Part shown: one piece after another, positions 26,382 to 35,845 of the stretch
Numbering within the stretch: position 1 is the stretch's first letter
Layout of the letters: every line of letters begins with the position of its first letter
Source of the DNA: a phage
Assembly: GCA_021469345.1 (NCBI GenBank)
Contig: GCA_021469345.1_3049.1
DNA length: 64,000 nt
Direction: 5' to 3' (one strand)
Program-made: the position numbers and the translations under genes
Notes under the pieces: model-generated
What the model was told of the DNA's origin: nothing
The model's input: only the letters and a program-made list of their open reading frames with translations
The model's database searches: none

Positions 26382-28195
26382 CAATTGAAAAAGAAATTGA
26401 AGGATTGATTCATAAAACTAATAAAGACCTTTTAAACGAGAATGCTAATAAAGATTCTCGTGTTTTTCCAACTCAACGGGACCTTATGGCTGGTATTGTG
26501 TCTAAACACATTGCCAAAAATATGGTCCCGTCTTTTATTATGAAAGCACATGAAAGCGGAATTATCCATTTCCACGATATTGATTATTCCCCTGCTCTTC
26601 CATTTACTAATTGTTGTTTAGTAGATTTAAAAGGAATGCTTGAGAACGGGTTTAAGCTCGGTAATGCACAGATTGAAACTCCTAAATCAATTGGCGTTGC
26701 TACTGCAATTATGACACAAATTACTGCACAGGTTGCTTCCCATCAATACGGCGGAACGACTTTTGCTAATGTAGATAAAGTACTTTCTCCTTATGTTAAA
26801 CGCACCTATGCAAAACATATTGAGGATGCAGAAAAATGGCAAATCGCTGATGCGTTGAATTATGCTCAATCTAAAACAGAAAAAGACGTATACGATGCAT
26901 TCCAAGCTTATGAATATGAAGTAAATACTCTCTTTAGTTCAAACGGACAAACGCCTTTTGTAACAATTACATTTGGTACGGGAACTGACTGGACTGAACG
27001 AATGATTCAGAAAGCAATTCTGAAAAATCGTATTAAAGGCCTTGGTCGCGATGGGATAACTCCTATTTTCCCTAAGCTTGTTATGTTCGTTGAAGAAGGT
27101 GTTAATCTTTATAAAGACGATCCAAACTATGATATTAAGCAGCTTGCTCTAGAGTGTGCAAGCAAAAGGATGTATCCTGATATTATTTCAGCTAAGAACA
27201 ATAAAGCTATCACTGGTTCATCTATTCCTGTTTCTCCGATGGGATGCCGTAGTTTCTTGAGCGTATGGAAAGATTCGACTGGTAATGAAATTCTTGATGG
27301 ACGTAATAATCTTGGTGTTGTAACATTGAATCTTCCTCGCATCGCGTTAGATTCTTATATTGGAACACAGTTCAATGAACAGAAATTTATCGAATTGTTT
27401 AATGAACGAATGGATTTATGTTTTGAAGCTTTGATGTGTAGAATTAGTTCCTTAAAAGGAGTTAAAGCGACTGTTGCTCCTATTCTTTACCAAGAAGGTG
27501 CATTCGGGGTTCGTCTTAAACCTGATGACGACATAATTGAGTTATTTAAAAACGGTAGAAGTTCAGTGTCCCTAGGATACATTGGTATTCACGAATTGAA
27601 TATTCTTGTCGGTCGTGATATTGGACGAGAAATTTTAACTAAAATGAATGCTCATCTTAAACAGTGGACTGAAAGAACTGGGTTTGCTTTTAGTTTGTAT
27701 TCTACTCCTGCTGAAAACCTGTGCTATCGCTTCTGTAAACTTGATACCGAAAAATATGGAAGTGTAAAAGATGTTACCGATAAAGGCTGGTACACTAACA
27801 GTTTCCATGTTTCAGTAGAAGAAAATATCACTCCATTTGAAAAGATTTCTCGCGAAGCACCGTATCATTTCATTGCAACAGGCGGTCACATTTCTTATGT
27901 TGAACTTCCTGATATGAAAAATAACCTAAAAGGTCTTGAGGCTGTATGGGATTATGCTGCACAACATTTAGATTATTTTGGTGTTAACATGCCGGTAGAT
28001 AAGTGTTTTACGTGCGGAAGTACTCATGAAATGACTCCTACTGAAAATGGATTTGTTTGTTCTATCTGTGGAGAAACTGATCCTAAAAAGATGAACACAA
28101 TAAGAAGAACATGTGGTTATTTGGGAAATCCGAACGAACGCGGATTTAATCTCGGCAAAAATAAAGAAATCATGCATAGGGTTAAACACCAATGA
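26378..28195 (+). CDS. nrdD: anaerobic ribonucleotide reductase NrdD (605 aa), intron-free
   Basis: continuous ORF ending in glycyl-radical motif RRTCGYLG; no group I intron or I-TevII ORF. Confidence 0.95.
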   Translation: MTIEKEIEGLIHKTNKDLLNENANKDSRVFPTQRDLMAGIVSKHIAKNMVPSFIMKAHESGIIHFHDIDYSPALPFTNCCLVDLKGMLENGFKLGNAQIETPKSIGVATAIMTQITAQVASHQYGGTTFANVDKVLSPYVKRTYAKHIEDAEKWQIADALNYAQSKTEKDVYDAFQAYEYEVNTLFSSNGQTPFVTITFGTGTDWTERMIQKAILKNRIKGLGRDGITPIFPKLVMFVEEGVNLYKDDPNYDIKQLALECASKRMYPDIISAKNNKAITGSSIPVSPMGCRSFLSVWKDSTGNEILDGRNNLGVVTLNLPRIALDSYIGTQFNEQKFIELFNERMDLCFEALMCRISSLKGVKATVAPILYQEGAFGVRLKPDDDIIELFKNGRSSVSLGYIGIHELNILVGRDIGREILTKMNAHLKQWTERTGFAFSLYSTPAENLCYRFCKLDTEKYGSVKDVTDKGWYTNSFHVSVEENITPFEKISREAPYHFIATGGHISYVELPDMKNNLKGLEAVWDYAAQHLDYFGVNMPVDKCFTCGSTHEMTPTENGFVCSICGETDPKKMNTIRRTCGYLGNPNERGFNLGKNKEIMHRVKHQ

Positions 28196-28662
28196 ATTAT
28201 GATAGATTTTATCCTTGCGATTTTGTGAATGGCCCTGGATGCAGGGTCGTTCTTTTCGTTACAGGTTGTTTGCATAAATGCGAAGGGTGTTATAATAAAT
28301 CAACATGGAATGCTAGAAATGGCGTTCCATTCACTGGTGAAACACTGGAACAATTAATTGAATGTTTGAATAATGATTATATAGAAGGATTAACTATAAC
28401 TGGAGGAGACCCTCTCTATCCTGATAACCGAGATGTTGTTCATTGCATTGTTCAAACAGTAAAAAATCTTTATCCCAATAAAAGCATTTGGTTGTGGACA
28501 GGATATAAATTTGAAGATATTAAACAACTAGAAATGCTTAAATATGTTGATGTTATTATTGATGGGAAGTATGAGAAAAATCTTCCGACTAAAAAGCTGT
28601 GGCGAGGATCAGATAATCAGCGACTTTGGTCAAATACCGATGGGGTGTGGACACATGATTAA
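28192..28662 (+). CDS. nrdG: anaerobic RNR activating protein NrdG (radical SAM)
   Basis: Cys-rich N-terminus; ATGA overlap with nrdD. Confidence 0.88.
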   Translation: MNYDRFYPCDFVNGPGCRVVLFVTGCLHKCEGCYNKSTWNARNGVPFTGETLEQLIECLNNDYIEGLTITGGDPLYPDNRDVVHCIVQTVKNLYPNKSIWLWTGYKFEDIKQLEMLKYVDVIIDGKYEKNLPTKKLWRGSDNQRLWSNTDGVWTHD

Positions 28663-28777
28663 ATTGAATTACATTATGGATACTATAAATGATATGATTT
28701 TTCATTTTGGTCCAGAATTTTATTCCCAATATAGTTTAGTGCTTATCAATGCTTGGTTAATCAATTAAGGGTAAAAT

Positions 28778-28993
28778 ATGTATAAATTTCGTAAAGGTTT
28801 AGCTGATTTTCTTACAACTGTAACATTCTTTCTGTTTATGGCAGTTGGAGCTATTTTCCTTATTCCTTTTATTGCTATATTTTTCGTGATTAGCTTAATT
28901 TCTCCAGAAAAAGGCTTATCTTCTAGTGAGTTTAATGAGCGTCTGGATAAAATTACTAACAAGCTGAATGCTGTTCTTGATAAAAAGGCTTAA
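28778..28993 (+). CDS. small membrane protein
   Basis: ORF track; central hydrophobic helix. Confidence 0.5.
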   Translation: MYKFRKGLADFLTTVTFFLFMAVGAIFLIPFIAIFFVISLISPEKGLSSSEFNERLDKITNKLNAVLDKKA

Positions 28994-28995
28994 TT

Positions 28996-29307
28996 ATGAT
29001 TAGTTTTGAGCGGTATGTAGTAGAGAGTTGGAATGGTTTTGATATGTTCGGTAATGACTATTATTTCTATGAATGTAGTCTGAACCCAAGCTTCTGGGCT
29101 GGACGTGAACAAGACCTCGAAGAAATCAACGCTCGTGCCGATTTGTTAGGTGAACTGCCTACTACTTATTTCACCTTTGATGAATCCGGCTTCGTTATCC
29201 AGGTTTATTTTCCTGAAGAAAACTCTGGTGAGGATTCTGTTAACCCGCCATACTGGGCTTATCAAGGAATTATTTCTCGTGGAACAAAACTCGAACTTAA
29301 AGAATAA
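28996..29307 (+). CDS. hypothetical protein
   Basis: ORF track. Confidence 0.5.
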   Translation: MISFERYVVESWNGFDMFGNDYYFYECSLNPSFWAGREQDLEEINARADLLGELPTTYFTFDESGFVIQVYFPEENSGEDSVNPPYWAYQGIISRGTKLELKE

Positions 29308-29308
29308 G

Positions 29309-29602
29309 ATTGAAATCTATGGCATCCCCGAAGAAGTAGGTCGTTGTCCTGGATGTCAATCAGTTACAAAACTTCTAAAGGAGCTCAATGCTCCTTTTAC
29401 TTTCTATAAAGTTCTTACAAATAACGGTAAGATTGAGTATGATCGTCCACTGATTGTATCTCTTGCTAAACGCGCTGGATTCACATCTCTTAACATTCGT
29501 TATCCAGTCATTTTCATTAATGATTCCAGACAAAAGAACATTAAACACTTCAAAGAAACCCTCATTTCACTTGGATATGATAGAGATATCATAGAAGACT
29601 AA
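29309..29602 (+). CDS. glutaredoxin/NrdH-like redoxin domain (CPGC) with no canonical start codon
   Basis: redoxin-like KIEIYG-x6-CPGC; no ATG/GTG/TTG in frame after upstream stop; start given is first codon (ATT) after 28996 ORF. Confidence 0.4.
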   Translation: MEIYGIPEEVGRCPGCQSVTKLLKELNAPFTFYKVLTNNGKIEYDRPLIVSLAKRAGFTSLNIRYPVIFINDSRQKNIKHFKETLISLGYDRDIIED

Positions 29603-29606
29603 GATG

Positions 29607-29629
29607 GGCCCTCTGGGCCTTTCTTTCTT
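29607..29629 (+). terminator. possible terminator hairpin
   Basis: GGCCC-TCT-GGGCC then T-rich TTTCTTTCTT. Confidence 0.4.
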
Positions 29630-29700
29630 ACATTCTGTATATTACCATTCTAAGCTATCGTTCCCTTCTTATCATTCCCTAAAATATTTTTCACAAAGTT

Positions 29701-29730
29701 GTTTACAACAAGTTCAAACCGTGGTATTAT
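29701..29730 (+). promoter_or_regulatory. T4-type early promoter
   Basis: GTTTAC 29701-29706, 18-nt spacer, TATTAT. Confidence 0.6.
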
Positions 29731-29760
29731 TAACATATGAATTGCCTTTGAGGAATTGAT

Positions 29761-29937
29761 ATGGTTGATAAAGAGATTAAAAGGGATCAGTATTATCGTG
29801 TTAACGGACATATCGTTATTGTTACAGCAGTCGATGATTTAGATGTTCATTATACTGTGATTAAATGGAACAAACGCATGATTTGTGATCGTGCTGTATT
29901 TAGTTCAGTTGCTAAGGAAATTAAACTCCATGGGTAA
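29761..29937 (+). CDS. hypothetical small protein (58 aa)
   Basis: ATG 29761 with GAGGAA SD. Confidence 0.4.
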   Translation: MVDKEIKRDQYYRVNGHIVIVTAVDDLDVHYTVIKWNKRMICDRAVFSSVAKEIKLHG

Positions 29938-30223
29938 AACGTATCGTCGTAAAGACTTGAAAGTTCGTGATTATGACTATTTCGGAAAGCGTAAAGCTCC
30001 TGATGGGGTAAGTCATAAAGATATGGTTGAAAACATTTTTCGCTCAGATAAATGGCGTAGAATGAAAGGTATTGATTCAGAAGTTAAAGATGAGCTAAAT
30101 CGTCAATTACGCGGTGAAGTAAGAAAGTTGAAAAAATCAGTTTACATTGACGATGATTTTGATTATAATACTTCTCAACGAGTTGCTAAACGTAAATCAA
30201 ACGAGTGTTATCGTTATAGCTGA
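29930..30223 (+). CDS. hypothetical basic protein
   Basis: trimmed to ATG 29930. Confidence 0.45.
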   Translation: MGKTYRRKDLKVRDYDYFGKRKAPDGVSHKDMVENIFRSDKWRRMKGIDSEVKDELNRQLRGEVRKLKKSVYIDDDFDYNTSQRVAKRKSNECYRYS

Positions 30224-30230
30224 GGAAAAT

Positions 30231-30362
30231 ATGAATATCAAACGAATGCTTTTTAAGCAGGGGTTATATACTTTAAATGTTACTCCAAAAGGCGATACAA
30301 CTAAGTGGTCAGTAAATGACTGGATTAAATTTATTGATGAAAATGGTAATTGGGAAATTTAA
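30231..30362 (+). CDS. hypothetical small protein (43 aa)
   Basis: ATG 30231 with GAGGAAAA SD. Confidence 0.3.
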   Translation: MNIKRMLFKQGLYTLNVTPKGDTTKWSVNDWIKFIDENGNWEI

Positions 30363-30563
30363 ATGAATCCTGAATCTAAATTATCGCAGCGAATTGCTGA
30401 AGAACGCGCCAAATTTTTCCAGAACATGAAACACAATGGTATTGAGGATGAAGTTTTTCTAAATTGGTTCTGGAATAATAAGTATGCAGCATGTGAAGGA
30501 GCTTTGTCATTGTCAGTCGCAATGATGTACGAAGGCTGGAAGGGTGCCAAAAAGTTTAGCTAA
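30363..30563 (+). CDS. hypothetical protein
   Basis: ORF track. Confidence 0.45.
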   Translation: MNPESKLSQRIAEERAKFFQNMKHNGIEDEVFLNWFWNNKYAACEGALSLSVAMMYEGWKGAKKFS

Positions 30564-30582
30564 GGGCTTCGGCCCTTTTTTT
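30563..30582 (+). terminator. rho-independent terminator
   Basis: AGGGC-TTCG-GCCCT + T7. Confidence 0.75.
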
Positions 30583-30617
30583 GGATAATAAAATTTTAAC
30601 GTAATTGAGGATAATGT

Positions 30618-30944
30618 ATGACTATTCAAATTAAAAACGTCATTAATTCTTACGCATATGATAAAGTAGTTTCTTTGCTAGAAAAAGGCGATATTGTAAC
30701 TCCTCAAATTTTGGATAAATGGGAAAAAGAGCTTCATCAGATGATGAAACAGAATGATCAGAAGATTGGACGCAATACTGTCCGTGAATTGTTGGTTCAA
30801 TATATCTTGTCAGAATTTGATGTTAAAGCTTTTGGTGTAGAATCTAAAGCTTATCAAAAGCATGAAATTTCCGATAAAACTATTCGTCGCATGAAAAATC
30901 AACGCAAGAAAAAATTTGCAGACCTGAAAATTACTAAGGTATAA
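30618..30944 (+). CDS. hypothetical protein
   Basis: ORF track; GAGGA SD. Confidence 0.5.
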   Translation: MTIQIKNVINSYAYDKVVSLLEKGDIVTPQILDKWEKELHQMMKQNDQKIGRNTVRELLVQYILSEFDVKAFGVESKAYQKHEISDKTIRRMKNQRKKKFADLKITKV

Positions 30945-30946
30945 TT

Positions 30947-31162
30947 ATGAACGAAGCTCTTATTAACGATTTGCGTCTTGCTGGATATGAAGTAAATACA
31001 AATGGCATTGGTTTAACTCAAATTGAAGGAAATGGATTCATCCTTGAGTATGAATTTAGCCAATGGTGGTTATATGCCAATTATGGCGAATTGATTGAAT
31101 ATGTTGACCAATTTGATTCACTAGATGCAGCTCTTGAAGCGGCTAAGTTGATGAATGTATGA
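30947..31162 (+). CDS. hypothetical acidic protein
   Basis: ORF track. Confidence 0.45.
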   Translation: MNEALINDLRLAGYEVNTNGIGLTQIEGNGFILEYEFSQWWLYANYGELIEYVDQFDSLDAALEAAKLMNV

Positions 31163-31428
31163 AATTAATTAATATTTCTATTGCTATTGAAAATTTTGGT
31201 ATTTTCTATGTTGACCAATACATGAAAATTTCATTTTTCCCAAATAAAACTGGTGTTGGATATTGGGAAAGCCATGTTTCTGAATTAACTGGAAGTAAAT
31301 ATTCTAATACCCATAAAAAGTTTTTAGACTTTTTATATCGCGCTGATATTAATGATCATTACATAGATATTCATGAATTTAAAAAGATGATGGAGAAAGT
31401 ATTCCAAGCATACTGTTTACTTAGATAA
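31159..31428 (+). CDS. hypothetical protein
   Basis: ORF track. Confidence 0.45.
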   Translation: MKLINISIAIENFGIFYVDQYMKISFFPNKTGVGYWESHVSELTGSKYSNTHKKFLDFLYRADINDHYIDIHEFKKMMEKVFQAYCLLR

Positions 31429-31440
31429 CTGATATCCTCT

Positions 31441-31469
31441 ATGCTTTAAGATAGATCTTCAAATATTAT
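31441..31469 (+). promoter_or_regulatory. candidate T4 middle promoter (MotA box + -10)
   Basis: ATGCTTTAA at 31441-31449, 13-nt gap, TATTAT 31464-31469, upstream of gene 55. Confidence 0.4.
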
Positions 31470-31506
31470 GATATAATAGATCTATGAATTGAGCTAAGAG
31501 GTGAAA

Positions 31507-32064
31507 ATGTCAGAAACTAAGCCTAAATATAATTACGTAAACAATAAAGAGCTTTTACAAGCTATTATTGATTGGAAAACAGAATTAGCAAATAATAAAG
31601 ACCCAAATAAAGTAGTTCGTCAGAATGATACTATCGGATTAGCCATTATGCTTATTGCAGAAGGCTTATCTAAACGTTTCAACTTTTCAGGATACACCCA
31701 GTCTTGGAAACAAGAAATGATTGCAGATGGTATAGAAGCTTCTATTAAGGGGCTTCATAATTTTGATGAAACGAAATATAAAAACCCACATGCGTATATA
31801 ACTCAAGCTTGTTTTAATGCATTCGTCCAACGTATTAAAAAAGAACGTAAGGAAGTTGCAAAGAAATATAGTTACTTCGTTCACAATGTCTATGACAGCC
31901 GTGACGACGATATGGTTGCGTTAGTAGATGAAACTTTTATTCAAGACATCTACGATAAAATGACGCATTACGAAGAATCAACCTATAGAACACCGGGGGC
32001 TGAAAAGAAAAGTGTTGTAGACGATTCTCCTAGTTTGGATTTTTTATATGAGGCTAACGATTAA
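31507..32064 (+). CDS. 55: late sigma factor gp55 (185 aa)
   Basis: translation matches T4 gp55 as recalled; trimmed from GTG 31501 to ATG 31507. Confidence 0.9.
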
Positions 32065-32266
32065 CCTCTCCGGATTCTTGGAAGAAATACCTGAAGTTGA
32101 AGCTATTCCCTATTTACTTAAAATGTATCTCAGGGAAGTTTTAGCTCTTGACATTGATATTGATCCAGAAAATCCGTATGATACCGCTTTTAAATCTAAT
32201 GGTGTAGAATTAAACTATCGGTATCATTTAACAGATGATGATTTTTATTTTATATTAGAGAAATAA
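32048..32266 (+). CDS. hypothetical protein
   Basis: ORF track. Confidence 0.4.
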
Positions 32267-32267
32267 T

Positions 32268-32585
32268 ATGACTGATAAACCCGAAATTAATGATGAAGTG
32301 GAAAAGCTTATTTCTTCTATTGAAGAAAAGAACCGTCTTGAAGCAGAAAGAAAAGCAAATAAGTTATTGTCTAAAAACAAACGCGAACTGAACCGTCTTT
32401 ATAAACACGCTCAGATTGCAGCTGAAAACAATAATTTTGCTCAATACGAATATGCTATCAAGAAAAGTCGGGATATTCTAAAACAGCCATATAATGATGA
32501 ACTCATTAGTATTCTTTGGAAGACTACTAGATCACAGATTGAGGATATGATTGATGCTTACACACGTAAAATTCAAGCGTCTTAA
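32268..32585 (+). CDS. hypothetical coiled-coil protein
   Basis: ORF track. Confidence 0.5.
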   Translation: MTDKPEINDEVEKLISSIEEKNRLEAERKANKLLSKNKRELNRLYKHAQIAAENNNFAQYEYAIKKSRDILKQPYNDELISILWKTTRSQIEDMIDAYTRKIQAS

Positions 32586-32757
32586 AATTAATGCAGGATT
32601 TACTGAATCTTTGAATGGTCATCTTTGTGTGAAAATTTCTGAAAAAGAATACCATGATAGTTCAATTAAAGAAGTTAATCCTCCTATTGTAAGAGCAGAC
32701 CCTAATATGAAAGTGTGGGTTGATTCTTATCAAGTCAAAAAATGGTGGCAACTGTGA
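32554..32757 (+). CDS. hypothetical small protein
   Basis: trimmed to ATG 32554 with GAGGA SD. Confidence 0.35.
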   Translation: MLTHVKFKRLKINAGFTESLNGHLCVKISEKEYHDSSIKEVNPPIVRADPNMKVWVDSYQVKKWWQL

Positions 32758-32933
32758 AAGATGAACACCAGACTTCTGAAATAGATTATAATAAAATTCG
32801 TTCCTCTAGAGAGGAAATGATGAGACGCTTTAAAGAGTCTCATGATAAAGCTAAAGCAGAAGGAACTATAACATATAAGCGCATAAAATTTAGAAGCTCT
32901 AATGAGCCTCTGTATGGTGTATTATGTGGATAG
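32742..32933 (+). CDS. hypothetical small protein
   Basis: ORF track; followed by GGAGC-TTCG-GCTCC hairpin. Confidence 0.4.
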   Translation: MVATVKDEHQTSEIDYNKIRSSREEMMRRFKESHDKAKAEGTITYKRIKFRSSNEPLYGVLCG

Positions 32934-32999
32934 GAGCTTCGGCTCCTATATTGCTTTATAAATTTTTGGTAAAATAAACCAAAACAATGAGGATATTAA

Positions 33000-34202
33000 A
33001 TGAAAGTATGTATTTTTATGGCTCGAGGTCTTGAAGGTTGCGGTGTAACTAAATTTTCTCTTGAGCAGCGTGATTGGTTTATTAAAAATGGTCATGAAGT
33101 AACTTTGGTTTATGCTAAAGATAAATCATTTACCCGTAATTGCGCGCATGATTATAAATCATTTTCAATTCCGGTTTTATTGGCAAAAGAATACGATAAA
33201 ACACTTAAGCTGGTAAATGATTGTGATATTCTAGTTATCAATTCAGTTCCTGCTACTTCAGTTGAAGAAGACACTATTAATAACTATAAAAAAATTATTG
33301 ATAACATTAAGCCTTCGGTTCGTGTTGTAGTTTATCAGCATGACCATTCTTCTCTTTCTTTGCGTCGAAATTTGGGATTAGAAGAAACTGTTCGTCGAGC
33401 TGATGTTATTTTTAGCCATTCTGATAATGGTGATTTTAATAAAGTTTTAATGAAAGAATGGTATCCGGAAACTGTTTCTTTGTTTGATGATATTGAAGAA
33501 GCACCGACCGTATATAACTTTCAGCCTCCTATGGATATTGCGAAGGTTCGATCAACCTACTGGAAAGATGTTTCTGAAATTAACATGAATATCAACCGTT
33601 GGATTGGTCGTACTACTACATGGAAAGGTTTTTATCAGATGTTTGATTTTCACGAAAAACATCTTAAACCCGCAGGACTAAGTACTATTATGGAAGGTCT
33701 GGAACGTTCTCCAGCGTTCATTCCTATTAAAGAAAAAGGAATTCCATACGAGTATTATCGTCTTCATCAAGTAGACCAAATTAAAATTGCTCCTAATTTG
33801 CCAACGCAAATTCTTGACCGTTATGTAAATAGCGAAATGCTTGAACGCATGAGTAAATCCGGATTTGGTTATCAGTTGAGTAAGTTGGATAAAAAATATC
33901 TACAGCGCTCTTTAGAATATACTCATCTCGAGCTTGGTGCATGTGGAACAATTCCGGTATTTTGGAAATCTACTGGCGAAAATTTAAAATTCCGTGTTGA
34001 TAATACTCCGTTAATTTCACATGATAGCGGTATCGTTTGGTTTGATGAAAATGACATGGAATCAACATTTGAACGTATTAAAGAACTGTCATCTGACCGA
34101 GCTCTTTATGACCGTGAACGTGAAAAAGCATATGAATTTTTGTATCAGCATCAAGATTCAAGCTTCTGCTTTAAAGAACAGTTTGACATTATTACAAAAT
34201 AA
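33000..34202 (+). CDS. agt: DNA alpha-glucosyltransferase (400 aa)
   Basis: translation closely matches T4 alpha-gt as recalled. Confidence 0.95.
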   Translation: MKVCIFMARGLEGCGVTKFSLEQRDWFIKNGHEVTLVYAKDKSFTRNCAHDYKSFSIPVLLAKEYDKTLKLVNDCDILVINSVPATSVEEDTINNYKKIIDNIKPSVRVVVYQHDHSSLSLRRNLGLEETVRRADVIFSHSDNGDFNKVLMKEWYPETVSLFDDIEEAPTVYNFQPPMDIAKVRSTYWKDVSEINMNINRWIGRTTTWKGFYQMFDFHEKHLKPAGLSTIMEGLERSPAFIPIKEKGIPYEYYRLHQVDQIKIAPNLPTQILDRYVNSEMLERMSKSGFGYQLSKLDKKYLQRSLEYTHLELGACGTIPVFWKSTGENLKFRVDNTPLISHDSGIVWFDENDMESTFERIKELSSDRALYDREREKAYEFLYQHQDSSFCFKEQFDIITK

Positions 34203-34241
34203 AGGGCTTCGGCCCTTTAGCTTTATACGGAGTTTGATATA

Positions 34242-34382
34242 ATGATATTTCTTGGATATGTGATACTTTTTCTAGCGTTTTATTTGTTCACCAGAGCATG
34301 TTGGATTGGGTTCTTTAGCACTCCAGATGGATTTATTTCAATAATTTTATTTTGCATTTCAATGACGGTTCTTGATATATGA
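34242..34382 (+). CDS. hypothetical small membrane peptide (46 aa)
   Basis: ATG 34242; hydrophobic; stop overlaps gene 47 start. Confidence 0.3.
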   Translation: MIFLGYVILFLAFYLFTRACWIGFFSTPDGFISIILFCISMTVLDI

Positions 34383-35398
34383 AAATTTTAAATTTAGGTG
34401 ATTGGCATTTAGGCGTTAAAGCTGATGATGAGTGGATTCGCGGTATTCAAATTGATGGAATTAAGCAAGCGATAGAATATTCTAAGAAAAATGGAATTAC
34501 GGTATGGATTCAATATGGTGATATTTTTGATGTGCGAAAAGCAATCACACATAAAACTATGGAGTTTGCCCGTGAAATAGTTCAAATGCTTGATGACGCT
34601 GGAATCACATTACATACTATTGTAGGAAATCACGATCTCCACTACAAAAATGTAATGCATCCAAATGCTTCTACTGAGCTTTTGGCTAAATATCCTAATG
34701 TTAAAGTATATGATAAGCCTACTACAGTAGATTTTGACGGATGTTTAATTGATTTAATTCCGTGGATGTGCGAAGAAAATACTGGTGAAATTCTTGAACA
34801 TATCAAAACTTCATCTGCTTCTTTTTGTGTTGGTCACTGGGAACTGAATGGATTTTATTTTTATAAAGGAATGAAATCTCACGGTCTTGAACCTGATTTC
34901 CTTAAGACTTATAAAGAGGTGTGGTCTGGTCACTTCCATACTATCTCTGAGGCTGCTAACGTTAGATATATTGGGACACCATGGACACTAACTGCAGGTG
35001 ACGAGAATGACCCTCGCGGGTTCTGGATGTTTGATACAGAAACAGAACGAATGGAATTTATTCCAAACAATACTACCTGGCATCGTAGAATTCATTATCC
35101 ATTTAAAGGAAAAATTGACTATAAAGATTTTACAAATCTATCAGTACGTGTTATAGTAACTGAGGTAGACAAAAATCTGACGAAGTTCGAATCTGAACTA
35201 GAAAAAGTTGTGCATTCATTACGAGTTGTGTCAAAGATTGATAACTCTGTCGAGTCAGATGACAGTGAAGAAGTTGAAGTTCAATCGCTTCAGACGTTGA
35301 TGGAAGAATACATTAATGCAATTCCAGACATCACTGATTCTGATCGCGAAGCACTTATTCAATATGCAAATCAGTTATATGTAGAGGCAACACAATGA
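34379..35398 (+). CDS. 47: recombination endonuclease subunit gp47 (Mre11-like)
   Basis: phosphoesterase motifs GDxHL, GNHD; position upstream of gene 46. Confidence 0.9.
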   Translation: MKILNLGDWHLGVKADDEWIRGIQIDGIKQAIEYSKKNGITVWIQYGDIFDVRKAITHKTMEFAREIVQMLDDAGITLHTIVGNHDLHYKNVMHPNASTELLAKYPNVKVYDKPTTVDFDGCLIDLIPWMCEENTGEILEHIKTSSASFCVGHWELNGFYFYKGMKSHGLEPDFLKTYKEVWSGHFHTISEAANVRYIGTPWTLTAGDENDPRGFWMFDTETERMEFIPNNTTWHRRIHYPFKGKIDYKDFTNLSVRVIVTEVDKNLTKFESELEKVVHSLRVVSKIDNSVESDDSEEVEVQSLQTLMEEYINAIPDITDSDREALIQYANQLYVEATQ

Positions 35399-35658
35399 CT
35401 TTTGATGAATTTAAAAATGTTATGATGAGTCAGCATTTTGAATGCGAAGTAAAAGATGATATTGGACATAAAGAAATTATTGAATATTGGTTTGAACCAC
35501 TAGAAGTTGAAGATAATTGTATTAAAAAGGTTACAGTCTGCACTGACTGGGCAGTATCTTTTAACTTCAACATTTTAGATAATGACACACCTAAATCATT
35601 GCGAGATATGGCCGTATCTTGTATTAAGGATGCATACTGTGAAGTTTTCGACATTTGA
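35395..35658 (+). CDS. hypothetical protein
   Basis: ORF track. Confidence 0.45.
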   Translation: MTFDEFKNVMMSQHFECEVKDDIGHKEIIEYWFEPLEVEDNCIKKVTVCTDWAVSFNFNILDNDTPKSLRDMAVSCIKDAYCEVFDI

Positions 35659-35845
35659 TATTAATGATGAATTCATAGCAAACATTGATTACACCGAAGA
35701 AGATTCTAGATATGTTGGAATAATTTATATTACATCAAAAACAGCACAAGGTGTTGTTTGCATGGCTGAATTTGATGAATACTTTTTAGATTATGATGAT
35801 ATGATAGAATGGTCTAAAAGATACATTAAAAGGAATCTTTTGTGA
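35630..35845 (+). CDS. hypothetical protein
   Basis: track ORF 35582-35845; start uncertain. Confidence 0.35.
   Translation: MHTVKFSTFDINDEFIANIDYTEEDSRYVGIIYITSKTAQGVVCMAEFDEYFLDYDDMIEWSKRYIKRNLL

Noticed and set aside
26378-28195. Group I intron / I-TevII homing endonuclease inside nrdD
   Set aside because: NrdD reads as one uninterrupted 605-aa ORF; no intron present
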